The position numbers and the translations under genes were made by a program. The notes below the pieces were generated by a model. That model saw nothing but the letters and a program-made list of their open reading frames with translations. It did not search any database and had not been told where the DNA came from. Shown here piece by piece: positions 48,301 to 60,543 of a DNA stretch of 64,000 nucleotides. The number at the start of each line of letters is the position of its first letter. Position 1 is the first letter of the stretch. The DNA is from Lepidodermella squamata (taxonomy: Eukaryota > Animalia > Gastrotricha). The stretch spans positions 2,108,001 to 2,172,000 of the forward strand of contig JBLDXI010000024.1 in NCBI GenBank assembly GCA_047495785.1, in the 5' to 3' direction.

Positions 48301-49310
48301 CAGCTGAAATTCGCAATAAACTGCTCATCCACAACATTCCATTCTTCGAAAATCTCCAACGCCCCGACATCACGTCTTTTGGCCATGTCGACGAAAGCCG
48401 CATTTTCTACGGCTTCAAATTCGTCTTCGCACCGATGGGCGTTGAAACTTCGCTGCCAGCTTCGTTGAACGCAATGTCTCCAACTCGAAAAATTAACCTA
48501 GCTGATTTGGTCGTTTTCTCGGCCGATAATCTCGCAATTACGCAGCGATGCTCGAAAAAGGCCTACGCGATCATGTCCCAAAAGTGGGGCCCGGCCGAAC
48601 AGATTCCAGTCCAAACCGGGGTTCAACGGCCTGAGCTGTTCGATAACGACCAGAAAATGAAGTTTTCCGATCACTTCGGCACTCACATCGATTTCCCGAG
48701 CCATTTCGATCACAAGAAATTCGACGCAACACAAATGCCGACAAAACTTGACCACCCAGTCTGCTACCGAGTTTCGATACCTTTCAACCAACTGCCGAGC
48801 TTTTCGATTTCGAAAACTGATTTCTTGAACTGGGAGAAAAACAACTCGAAAATCGTTGAAAATTCAATGCTGCTAATTGACACTGGCTACGCTTTGTCGA
48901 AATGGGCCATTATGGATAAGTACATCGAAAACTACCCTGGAATCTCGCTGGAAGCTGCTCATTTTCTGGTTGAAGAGCGAAAAATCGCAGCGATTGGCAT
49001 CGACAGCCTGGCGATTGATGACTTCTCGCTGACGAGCCAGCTCAAATTTCCGGCCAGTTCGTACTTCGCCTCGAACAACATCCCGGTCCTCGTCAATCTC
49101 GGCGGGCAGTTGGACAAATTTCCGGCTGCTGATGGCATTTGCATCATGGCTTATATTCGAATTGAGAAGGGCACTGGGGGTCAAGTGTCGCTTTTTGGCC
49201 TATTGCCAGATGGTACTTTGATCAAAGAAGCTGCTCAACCGAGTTCGGCGGCTTACATGGGATCTATCCGGGTTCTGATCATTCTGGCCTATTTTACTAA
49301 CATTTTTTGA
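45368..49310 (+). CDS. Secreted, probably GPI-anchored protein with four tandem cyclase/kynurenine-formamidase-like repeats, about 949 aa
   Basis: Exons 45368-45700, 45822-47204, 48177-49310 (phase 0). Signal peptide; HFGTHIDFPSHF, LLIxTG, YP.L..A..LVEER..IGxD; hydrophobic C-terminal tail. Confidence 0.75.
47381..48085. mobile_element. MITE/foldback element with a nested second repeat, intronic
   Basis: Perfect 27-bp TIR GGTTCTATGCTAATTGCGCAAACGAAA; AAAAATC duplicated on both sides (47374-47380, 48086-48092); GAGCAAAA/TTGCTC subrepeats; TTGTCGC-periodic segment at about 47770-48020. Confidence 0.8.
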
Positions 49311-49503
49311 TAATTAATCTAACATTTCTTTGTAAAAAAATACGCTTCTTTCAAATAAAAAATTGCTCATATTCGCCGATTTTTTTATTCGAAAAGTCGA
49401 ATTTCAGTGATAATACTATTTCAGATTCCAGAATGAAAATTAGAAAAAAAATAGTTCGAAGCAGATCTTGGAACTAGCTAAAGGGCTGAATCTTTCGAGC
49501 AAG

Positions 49504-50266
49504 CTATTCGTCCTTGCAATCTTCCAGGTAGCCGAACATGAAATAGACGAATTCTAGAAAATAATCCTAAATTTTAATTTTAGCAATTTTTTTCGAAGAT
49601 TACCGTCGAAATTGATCTGGCCATCGCCGTCGAGATCAGCTTCGAAAATGAGAAATTCGACCTCTTCGTCGGTCATTTTTTCGCCCAACATGTTCGTCAT
49701 AACTTGCTTCATTTCAACAGCTGTTATGAAGCCATTCCCATCCTATATAATATAGGAATTATAGCATGATGGAATTTTTTTTAAATATTTTCCTAACCTT
49801 GTCGAAAATTTTGAAGGCCTGTTTGACCTCGCGGAGGTACTCGCGCTTTCTGCGCTGTTGAGCCATGACCTTGAGAAACTCAGGGAAATCTATGCTGCCC
49901 GAGTCATTCGAGTCGATCATTGTCAACATTTCGCGAACTTCAATTTCCGACTTTGCCTGGCCGATCGACATGAGAACATGCGCGATTTCGCTTATACTGA
50001 TTGTCCCGCTTGAGTCACGGTCAAAGTAACAAAACGCATCGTAGTACTCCTCGATTTGCTCCTCGGACAGCTCTTTGCTCTAAAAATTCGAAAAATATCA
50101 TCAAAATTATCTTAAAATTCCACCTTAAAAATATTTAAATCGGAAGATTAGGATTTTATTATTATTTCCTAATCTGACCTATTTTTGCGTGAATTTAAAT
50201 TGCAGGGTGTCTAATTTTTTGCAGGCAAATTATAGGAATTATGAAAGTAGAACTCACCCAATCCAT
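49504..50266 (-). CDS. Calmodulin-like protein A (4 EF hands)
   Basis: Exons 50266-50258, 50079-49798, 49742-49604, 49553-49504; loops [48 protein letters not shown]. Confidence 0.85.
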
Positions 50267-50929
50267 AGCGGCGAAAGCTTGCTTTAGATTCGGCCCGCGT
50301 TTCAATGACATAATAATGAGTCTCGCTTTAAATAGCACGTGTATCTACCAAGTGTTTGCCTTGATAGGTCTATTATTAACGCAACAACTGGCTTGAGATG
50401 TGTATGAACCCTGCTCTTATCGCCTACGCCTTCAGCCTCTTAATTTGGTAATATTAATCACAACAGTAGGTAACAAAATTTATATATTAGGCTCGATTGG
50501 CAGATAATTATAGCCAAAGCCTGGCACGTGAAGGGTACTACTAATTGGCAATGTTTATCGTCATGCTATATTTCCTAATTTTCCAAGATATATATTAGGA
50601 TCGAGAAAGCTCGGCAATAAAAAGGATATGGAATTACGACACAAAAGCTATAATAATCAAGTGAATATTACACCAGTGCCGCCGGTCGCAGAAAAATAGT
50701 CGAGCACGTCGTGCATTGTCTTTTTTTTCAGCTATGTGGTATATTTATACCGTGATCATCTAAATAATAATAGCTATAATAATGCAATAGCGATTGTTTA
50801 CCTCCCTAGAAACCTGATTCGCGGCCGTCATCTTCAAATGTAGCGCGCTTATCGTCCTTTGTTTTCCGCATTAGCCGCACGTGAATTAAACGGCTTTAGT
50901 CTAAAAGATTTCCGTTATATACTTGCGAT

Positions 50930-51259
50930 TTACTGTGTGCATAGCAGCGTTGTATGGAGGCTACCATGATGATTCATCTGACGCGAAAATTGGAACTCTA
51001 ACAGGGTTGTGATTGATCGAAAGAAAAGTGCAAACTTTGAGTCCTGAAAACATTTCAATGGGTGATCCCGGCGGGCCAATTTTTCTACCAGAGGTATGGC
51101 TAACGCCAGGTAAAATTTAGCTTTTATCGGGTCGTTCATTGTTGCGTAATAAAATGCAGAAACCAATGAGGCGTGACAAAAACGAATTTTCGGCAAAATC
51201 GAGCTGGAAGTACACTTTTCGACCAAGTCTATACAAGTTTGACTGATACTATCAACCAT
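50930..51259 (-). CDS. Possible small helical protein or isolated exon
   Basis: 109-aa ORF preceded by a TTTTTATAG acceptor-like site near 51272; no family recognised. Confidence 0.25.
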   Translation of the reverse strand: MVDSISQTCIDLVEKCTSSSILPKIRFCHASLVSAFYYATMNDPIKAKFYLALAIPLVEKLARRDHPLKCFQDSKFALFFRSITTLLEFQFSRQMNHHGSLHTTLLCTQ

Positions 51260-51499
51260 GTAAAAGTTAACCTATAAAAAAGGACATTTTCGGTTTCGGG
51301 TATTATCGGTCGATAAATTGATATTCGGCATTTCTGCAATAACATCAAATTCAAAGATCAAACCGGAAATTAGCACATTTTGAATATTTATATCTCACGT
51401 TGATTTGCCCACGATTTCTTATGCTGGCACCTAAATGACTGTGTTGCATTTTCAATCAATTAACTATACTTTTATTGAGTAAAACTTAACTCTAGAACT

Positions 51500-51918
51500 A
51501 AAAGTGTCCTTAAACGGTTCTTAAGGCGAATCGATGCAGAAGCAGAATTGATTTTACTAAATGCAGAGCCTCGAATTCACACCTTCAAATGTTCTTATTC
51601 CCCCCACGTTTCTACTCACCTGGGAATAGGTTTGCTTTTTGGCTCCTACGTAAAGTTGTCGTTTAATAAAAAATGTTGTTCTCGAAGAATCTTGAAGACG
51701 TTTTATCTGTCAACGCGCGAGGCATTGAACTTGGATCAATCAATAAAGCCTTCAGATTCATCAATAATTTATTGAAAAAGGACCAATCGGGCAAGAAGAC
51801 TTATATTAGGATGGTCTATATGTCTCGGAATTCCAGACTTCCCGATTTCGCTGTAACTTTGAGCCTGCTTATCGTGCTAGCTGTATCGAAGACGAAGAAA
51901 GAGGAAAGTTGCAGATGA
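51500..51918 (+). pseudogene. Dead duplicate of the upstream region and signal-peptide start of lectin gene 1
   Basis: MSRNSRLPDFAVTLSLLIVLAVSKTKKEESCR* versus MSHYSRLPAFAVTLGLFIVLALSQTKNEESWV; the upstream module recurs at about 51960-52200 and 56290-56550. Confidence 0.7.
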
Positions 51919-52276
51919 GATCCACGAAAAAGGTCTTGTTCATTTACGTATTATCCATGTCATCAAGGTTAATCGATGAAGTCTGGTTTATTGATTCGAC
52001 CACAAATACAGCCTCGAATTCGCACCTGAAATTGTTTGCACCTCGCTTCTCCCCTGGGGATACGTTGGCTTGGTGGCTATCGCGTAACCATGTCTTGGAT
52101 TATTCTTGAATAATCGCGAAGCATAGGATGAGACGCATTTAGCTTGAATCGATCAATAAACCCTTAGCTTCATCCATAATTCACTACATAGAGAACCCAT
52201 CTTCAAGAAGCGTCAACACTCCGGTCCAAGTTATACTGGTTGCCATTGAACAATTCATGTATTTTTAGCGGTTCAT

Positions 52277-55240
52277 ATGTCTCACTATTCAAGACTTCCC
52301 GCTTTCGCTGTAACGTTAGGCCTATTCATCGTGCTGGCATTGTCGCAGACTAAGAACGAGGAAAGTTGGGTAACAAGGCCCGAATTCGCGAACTCTCTGC
52401 CGGATGATGTAGAACCGATACTCGAAACTAAAACACAGACTTCAGGAGAATGTTTCGTCTTATGCCAGCTGAATAAGAAGTGTGACAGCGTTGCTTACAG
52501 CGAAAGGGTCAAGTCCTGCAAGCTGTACCGCCACGATGATGGGCTCGTCACTCCATTACCACCACTGAGACTCGATGACAAGTTTCAGCATCGAATGTAT
52601 CACAGGAAACAGTTCTGTCCGCCTGGTTGGGTCAAAGATTCCTCGACTAACATGTGTTATTTCCTGAGCAATACAACTGTACCCGTTGATCGGAGCGCCG
52701 CTTGGAAGTTCTGCGAGGAGAAATTTGCTTCGAATTTGGTCACGTTTGAATCGGCAGAACAGCGCGTCAATCTGTATAATGTAAGCCGAATTTCCATCAT
52801 GATTCTAAATTCTAACTATGGACACAATTTCTGTTATAGGTCCTGAGGAATGGCTATAGCCAAGTTCCGAAATGGTGGACAGGGTACGCTATGTTCGATT
52901 CAAACCTGTGGATCCGACCAGTTGAGCAGATTCAAGGCTATGATAAACGAAGAGGCGAATGCGCTGGCAATGACATTTTGACCCCTTGCAGGAACGTTTC
53001 CGTTTTGGAATGCGCCAATCTATGCGATCGAATCTACGGCAGCCAATGCGTTGCATTCACGTACAGCAAATTGGACTCGAAATGCTGCCCGAAGTACAGG
53101 TCATGCGAGAATCCGAGTTCCGATCTCTCAGCCGAGATTTGGACCTATGAGAAAGTTCATTCAGACAGACCTCCTGCAGCTTTGCTGTCAAACTCGGCTT
53201 GCAACGGGGGAGATATCAAATCGTTTTCTGGAGTCAGCCAGGCCCAATGTTATGAAGCCTGCCGTAATACCCTTAGCTGTGTAGCTTACTCTTACACTAC
53301 GGGGCGTGGTTGCTGGATCAAGCATAAAACTTGCGCCGATGTACAACGTGCCTCGGGTTATAACCCTCCGCTGGTTTACTACGAGTTTCGAGACGCGAAC
53401 CCGGGGCCGTGTCCTTATGGTATCAGATATCGCGATTTATGCCTGTATCTTCACAAGACCGCCACTGTCTACGCCTCAGCGCCAGATAATTGTCGCAAAA
53501 TGGGTGGCAAATTGGTCACTCCGACTGGCTTGAGAAAGCAGGCTCTTAGCTACTTTATGCTAGCGAGGTTAAATGTGAGAAATGCTTTCATTGACTGGCT
53601 TGATCAGGGTCACGAGGGTTATTGGACGACTGCAAGTGGCTTAAACCTATCCGACCCGTTCTACGAAATATGGCGCTGGGGGTATGTTGCGTACTGAGAA
53701 ATTTTTTTTATCTTTTATCTTTTATCTCTTTCAAATACACTTTTCATTTAATTTTACGTAGATCTTCCGAGCCACGAGGTGGAGTGAATGAAAACCAAGT
53801 GGTGATAGCAACAACCAGAGGCCTCGTAGTCGATGGAATTCGACTTTATGGAATGGCCGATGTATCTGCATCGACTGCAAATTGGGCCATTTGCGAAGCG
53901 CGTGAGTTTCACATTGTAATTTTGATGATCAATCAAAATGTACTGAATGCAGCCGTATCAATGTCGTGGCCTGAAACATGCCGCTTCACCCCGAATGGTC
54001 GCGAATATTACGGCAGCCTGGCGACGACTGTCAGTGGGGCGGCATGTCGATCTTGGGACAATGCCAACAATGCTTACCGCAATAATTGGCAAGCTTATCC
54101 CGACTGGTATGTGACGCATTCGTACTGCCGCAATCCAGACCCAGATGTGTTCAACAACACTGTTTGGTGCTACCGAAGCGATAACGGCCAACCTGAGGCT
54201 TGCAACGTGCCAATGTGTCGTAAGTTATAGCTAAATTTTGGAAACATTCAATGCGTTCTAATGTTACTTTCATCAACTGCTTCGGAAACATCCCAAGTTT
54301 TAGCCACCGAAGTTGCGTAATCGTTGACAAATTTGTAGATTTTCGTTCACATACGCGTGCGCTTCGGACAGTGCGACGCCCATTGTTCTCACTTGGGGCA
54401 ATGAAGGCTGGTTTCGATCCTAACTTTCAGTGATTCTCGTAATATATTTACCTTATAACGGGGGTAACTGTCATAAATTTGTCTTTTCGTTTATTCCAAA
54501 TTTACAGCGATTCTAACACCACATGATATGGGACCTTAGCGGGAGATTATGGGAGACAGAGGAACTTAATCGCTTTTGAAATTGCGAGGGAACTGTTTTC
54601 AAGAGGTTTTAATCAGAAATCATTTTTATTCAAGCCGAGTCTGACTGGGCCGATGGTCAAATCTTCACAACTGTCAACTTTCCGCATGCCGCAATCACGA
54701 AAAGCCCATCCGCCAGCGACGGCTACGACTGGACCACCGAGCCTTTGAATGGGGTTGCGAATCCTATCTGCGCCATGAAGACTGACGATTGGTGCCCGAA
54801 CTACTTCAAAGGCAGCTGCTACAAGGTGTACCCGACGATAGCTAACTACGACGAAGCCAATGCCATCTGCAAGTCCCACGGCTGGCACCTTGCCTCAATC
54901 ACTAGTTACGACGAGCAAATGTTTGTTCAAAGCTTGACAATGAACGCTGGAAGTCAGTCTGAACTTTCTAAGGAAGTGAATTTTAATACTGAATTTTGAA
55001 TGTTTTCCAGGTCTTTATTTCACACCTACGCTGTACTGGATCGGTATTAAGGCATATGCTAATGTTCCAGCGAAGGTTTGGGAGAACGGCGAGCCGGCAA
55101 TCTCGCAGTGGTGGAATTCGGGTGAGCCGAACGCTGGCGGGACATCTTGTGGCGCAATTTGGCATAGCGCTGGATTGTGGGGCGATACCGCCTGTACCGA
55201 AAAGTGGTTTTTTATTTGTGAAATCGAGATCGGCAAATGA
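52277..55240 (+). CDS. Secreted PAN/apple - C-type lectin - kringle mosaic protein, copy 1
   Basis: Exons 52277-52780, 52840-53681, 53762-53901, 53953-54219, 54635-54952, 55011-55240; PAN (ECFVLC..CDSVAY..CKLY), kringle (YCRNPD..WCY), final CTLD with YWIG, EPN and WGD. Confidence 0.85.
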
Positions 55241-55659
55241 ACATGTCCTGCTTGCATGACAATATAGCTATAGCTTAGATTACAATATAAATATTATCGG
55301 ACTGTGCCTGTGTATAATAGTAATTAATTTGTAATTTGTAATCAATTATAAATGTGACATTTCGGATGAGCATTGTTGATCTGTCAATAATATATGACCT
55401 TTGCCAAGCGAATTTCGCAAATCGAAACGAGATTACTGAAACCAGTGCAAATTAATCGAAGTGGCTGTATTGATTCGCAAGGAAATTTTGTTTGCCCTTA
55501 TTACGGACAAATTATTGATCAGCTTCATAGCTTGAATCGTTGATGGCTATATTCCTTCTTCTTGTTACATTATTTGATCCTATTCACTTATTAGCTTTCT
55601 CTAACCTTATTGCTTCTACAAGTGTTTACATTACGCCTAGTAGCGTAACAACGTTAACG

Positions 55660-56165
55660 TTAGCGAGAAAAAAGTGAAGCACTGGGAATTAACAATTCTC
55701 AAGTTGATGTAATGATCAATAAAGTCGAGAAGGAATTCGACTATCGAGCCGTGGAGAAGGTTTCCCAATCAATACATCAGAATTTTCGAGTGTTTCTCTC
55801 AAAAGCCGGACAACCCCTGGTTAAATGCACATTTCGACAAACTACATTAATCTTGAATAGCTTTGACACGGTGTAAATAATTAACGTAATAGTCTTCAAT
55901 TTTCAATAGGCTTTGATGGTCCTTAAACGAACTTTGAGTAACGAATTTTGTCGTTGAGTAAAAGAAAAAGACTCCAGCATTAGGGTGGCTATAGCAGTGC
56001 TTTGGTGTACTAATGAAGACGAAACACATTTCAGCTATATTAACCAGGCGACCTTTGGCCCTGAATGCGATAATCATGCTAACCTTGTCACAGCCACCAC
56101 TCAGGGATTGATGGATCACAAGACCAGAATACTCGAGCTCTCTGAAGTTTGGACCCGATTTTCGA
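55660..56165 (+). pseudogene. Dead duplicate of the upstream region and first-exon start of lectin gene 2
   Basis: Aligns with about 56745-57230 (GCTTTGGTG.ACTAA.GAAG.CGAAACA..., CCTTGTCACAGCC, ATGGATCAC.AGACCAGAAT); ATG lost. Confidence 0.65.
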
Positions 56166-57120
56166 AGCCAAGGCCCAAAAACGTTTTCACCTCAGTAAAT
56201 TTTTAAAGCGGCTACCAACGATTGACTTACTAAAAGCTTATAGCTAATAATTCCTTGCATTTAACATCTATCATATACACATATATCGGAAGCAAAGTGT
56301 CCTTGAATGAATTTACAATTGGATCGATGAACATCTGAAGGATTGATTTGGCTAAATGCAGCCATGAATTCACACCCGAAATTGTTCACACCTTGCGTTC
56401 CTTCTCACCTGGGAATAAGTCAGTTTTGTGGCCTATGCCTACTGGAGAATGGCGAAGAATTAGATTTTATTTCCGTCTGGTAAGACGCATTTAACTTGAA
56501 TCAATCAAAAAAAGCATAAGATCCATCAATAATTTACTGAAAAGAAGACTGGCAAATTGTTGGCTTAACGCTTATGGTTTGATGAGCCATGGGCAGAAAC
56601 TTGTGCTCAGCTAATTGAGGTTCAAAATCCGCCTTTATTGATCAAATTGCGTTTTGAGTCATAGCGATGGGTAGTCTTTCTTTTTGTTATAAAATTGTCC
56701 CCATTCATCGTCCAACATAGTTTCGACAAGCAATATTTACCTTGTTAGCGAAGAAACTACGTCATAGAGAGCGGGAACAAGGAGACACAGTGGGCTTCAA
56801 CCATTTTCGAAGTCGGCCTGGTGATGGGTGTTGAAGTCGAGAAAAATGTCGGTCACCATTATAAACCGTGAAGAAAGCTGCCTGCCAATCAATAACGCGA
56901 AAATTCAAGATATCCTTACGAAAGCTTGCAACTGCAAGCTATATTAATTTAAATAGCTTAGAGAGGAAGTAAATAATTAATGCAAGTCGTTTTTGCAACA
57001 TCCCGTGACATTGGTGGTTGAAATTCATTATACATTCTTGAGTAAACTTTAGAGAAAAAGGAACGACTTTGGCTTTGGTGCACTAACGAAGGCGAAACAT
57101 ATTTTTAAAGAAAAAAAGGC

Positions 57121-59856
57121 ATGATCAGACGAGCTTTAGCCCTGAGTGCGGTGATCACGCTAGCCTTGTCACAGCCGGCACCCGGGGATCAATGGATCAC
57201 GAGACCAGAATTTTCGAACTCTCTGCCGGATGATTTAGAACCGATACTCGAAACTAAAACACAGACTTCAGGGGAATGTTTCGTTTTATGCCAGCTGAAT
57301 AAGAAGTGTGACAGCGTTGCTTATAGCGAAAGGGCCAAGTCCTGCAAGCTGTACCGCCACGATGATGGCCTCGTGACTCCACTGCCACCTCTGAAACGGG
57401 ATGACGAGTTTCAGCATCGAATGTATCACAGGAAACAGTTCTGTCCGCCTGGTTGGGTTAAAGACTCCGCGATCAACACGTGCTATTTCGTGAGCAATTC
57501 AACGACGCCCGTTGATCGGAACGTCGCTTGGAGGTTCTGCGAGGAGAAATTCGCCTCGAATTTGGTCACGTTTGAATCTGCAGAGCAACGCATCAATTTA
57601 TATAATGTAATCCGAGTTTCCTTGCGCTTTCTTGATGGTCATTTTTGCTGTTACAGATCTTAAGGAATGGCTACAGCCAAGTATCGAAATGGTGGACAGG
57701 GTACGCCATGTTCGATTCGAACTTATGGAGCCGACCTGTTGAGCAGATTCAAGGCTATGCTAAAAGAAGAGGCGAATGCGCTGGCAATGACATTTTGACC
57801 CCTTGCAGAAACGTTTCTCTTTTTGAATGCGCCAATCTATGCGATCGAATCTACGGCAGCCAATGCGTTGCCTTTACCTACAGCAAATTTACTTCGAGAT
57901 GTTGTCCGAAGTACAGGTCTTGCGAAAGTCCGAATTCAGCGCTAAACTCCGAGATTTGGACATACGAAAAGGTGCATGCTGATAGACCTCCGTCTGCTTT
58001 ACTCGGCAACTCAGGCTGTAGTGGCGGAGATATAAAAACGATTACCGGAGTCACTCAGGCCCAATGTGATGAAGCTTGCCGTAATACTCTTAGCTGTGTA
58101 GCTTATGCTTACAACACAGCAAAGGCCTGCTCGATCAAATATAAATCGTGCTATGATATTCAGCGAATTTCCACCTTTGACCCGCCAATAGTTTATTACG
58201 AGTTACGAGATGCAAACCCGGGGCCGTGTCCGTTTGGTCGGAGATATCGCGACGTGTGCCTCTATCGTCATCAAACCGCAAGCTACTACCCCCCGGCACC
58301 TGGAAATTGCCGAAAAATGGGAGGGAAATTAATGACTCCAAGTGGCTTGATCAAGCAATCTCTGACTTATTTCTTGCTTATGAGACTGAATCTAAGAAAT
58401 GGTTGGGTTGACTGGCAAGATCTGGACCATGAAGATTACTGGACAACGTCTGATCAGTCATTGAACCTGACCGATCCGTTTTACGACAGATGGCGTTGGG
58501 GGTAAGTTAAATCTTAATATTTTCTTGATTTCGTTAATGTTACGCATTTGTAGTACTAATGAGCCGTCTGGTGGAGCCACTGAAAATTATGCTGTTGCCG
58601 GAATATCCAAAGGGCTTACGATAGATGGGGCTCGGATTTACGGAATGGCTGACGCACCCCCAGGTGCAGCTAACTTTTGGCCCCTTTGCGAAACGCGTGA
58701 GTTGCCACATATTACGTCTCCACTAATTTCACGATTTTAAACTTAGCCGTATCAATGTCATGGCCTGAAACATGCCGCTTCACCCCGAATGGTCGCGAAT
58801 ATTACGGTAACCTGGCGACGACTGTCAGTGGGGCAGCATGCCGGTCCTGGGACAATACCAACAATGCTTACCGCAATAATTGGCAAGCTTACCCCGACTG
58901 GTATGTGACGCATTCGTCCTGCCGTAATCCAGACCCAGACGTGTTCAACAACACTGTTTGGTGTTACCGAAGCGATAACGGCCAACCTGAGGCTTGCAAC
59001 GTGCCGATGTGTCGTAAGTTAAGGCCAAGATCAATTTAATTTTTGAGACATTCAATCTATGCTTAACTCATCGATGCAAGCAGTGAACTAGTAAAAGCTG
59101 TCTTAAGAAGGTTTTTAGCTCCAAACTTCCATTTATCTTCATAGATATTATAATGGGGGTGATCGTAGACAGGGAACAGGGGAGACTTGAAGGCTACTGG
59201 CATTGCGGGTGACTATTTCTTGAACGGTTTTAATGTGAAATCATCCTTTCCAGCTGAGTCTGACTGGGCCGATGGTCAAATTTTCACGAGTGTAAACTTT
59301 CCGCATGCCGCCATCACGAAGAATCCATCCGCTACCGACGGCTACGACTGGACCACCGAGCCTTTGAATGGGGTTGCGAATCCTATCTGTGCCATGAAAA
59401 CGGACGACTGGTGCCCGAACTACTTCAAAGGCAGCTGCTACAAGGTGTACTCGACTACAGCTAACTACGACGAAGCCAATGCCATCTGCAAGTCCCACGG
59501 CTGGCACCTCGCCTCTATCACTAGTTACGACGAGCAAATGTTTGTTCAAAGCCTGACATTGAACGCTGGAAGTCAGTTATCAATTTCGAAGGGAGTGATT
59601 TAAAATGTTGACTTGATTTTTTCCAGGTCTTTATTTCACGCCTACGCTGTTTTGGATCGGGATTAAGGCTTACGGTAATGTCCCAGCAAAAGTTTGGGAA
59701 AACGGCGAGCCGGCAACCTCGCAGTGGTGGAATTCCGGTGAGCCTAACGCTGGCGGTACTTCATGTGGCGGAATTTGGCTTACCGCTGGATTATGGGGCG
59801 ACAATGCATGTACCGAAAAGTGGTTTTTCATTTGCGAAATCGAGATCGGCAAATAA
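57121..59856 (+). CDS. Secreted PAN/apple - C-type lectin - kringle mosaic protein, copy 2
   Basis: Exons 57121-57606, 57657-58501, 58554-58696, 58747-59013, 59254-59571, 59627-59856; same architecture and intron phases as copy 1. Confidence 0.85.
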
Positions 59857-60543
59857 TGCAATGATACAAAGTCTCTTATGAAGAAACATTCCATCCTGTC
59901 ACTCTAATATAATTTTCTTATGACTAAACTGAAAACGTATCAACCTTGTGGGAATGATATGCAAAATGGGTCTTAATTTTACCGGAACAGTGATTGGAAC
60001 CTAATTTGCTGTAGTTCAGAAATGTTAAATGGGTCATCTAAAACTATACTTTTCGCTTTCGGTACATATGTATACTAAATGAGGTCAATTGCAGGTCAAT
60101 TGCCTGAATTCCTAATAATTCCATTACGAATTCCTAATTCGCATTATACTAATAAACCATTACAATTATTGAACACTGTGAGCCATTATATCTCGATTCT
60201 TAGTGTCAAATCAAGGTTCCGGCCCTAGAGTATTCCCTATATGGTTCCGGCTTTGGTGTTCGCTAAAGCAAGACAGCATTATTAGCGTTGCATATCGTTT
60301 TTTTTACGTTTTTTATTGAACTTTAATGAACAAAAGCATGCATTTTTAACATTTCTGTATTAATCGGCTTGAAAATGGAGGATATAAACTAAATATTTTT
60401 TTATGGTTTTTCATACCGCGCAAGTCAAGACGAATCTTGTTCACTCGAATATAGCCGGAATATCAAAGATGTAATAAAACAAAAAAATTAATTTTTAGCT
60501 GGCATGGGCAATGAAATTTGCGGATCTTATCATCGGAATTTCA

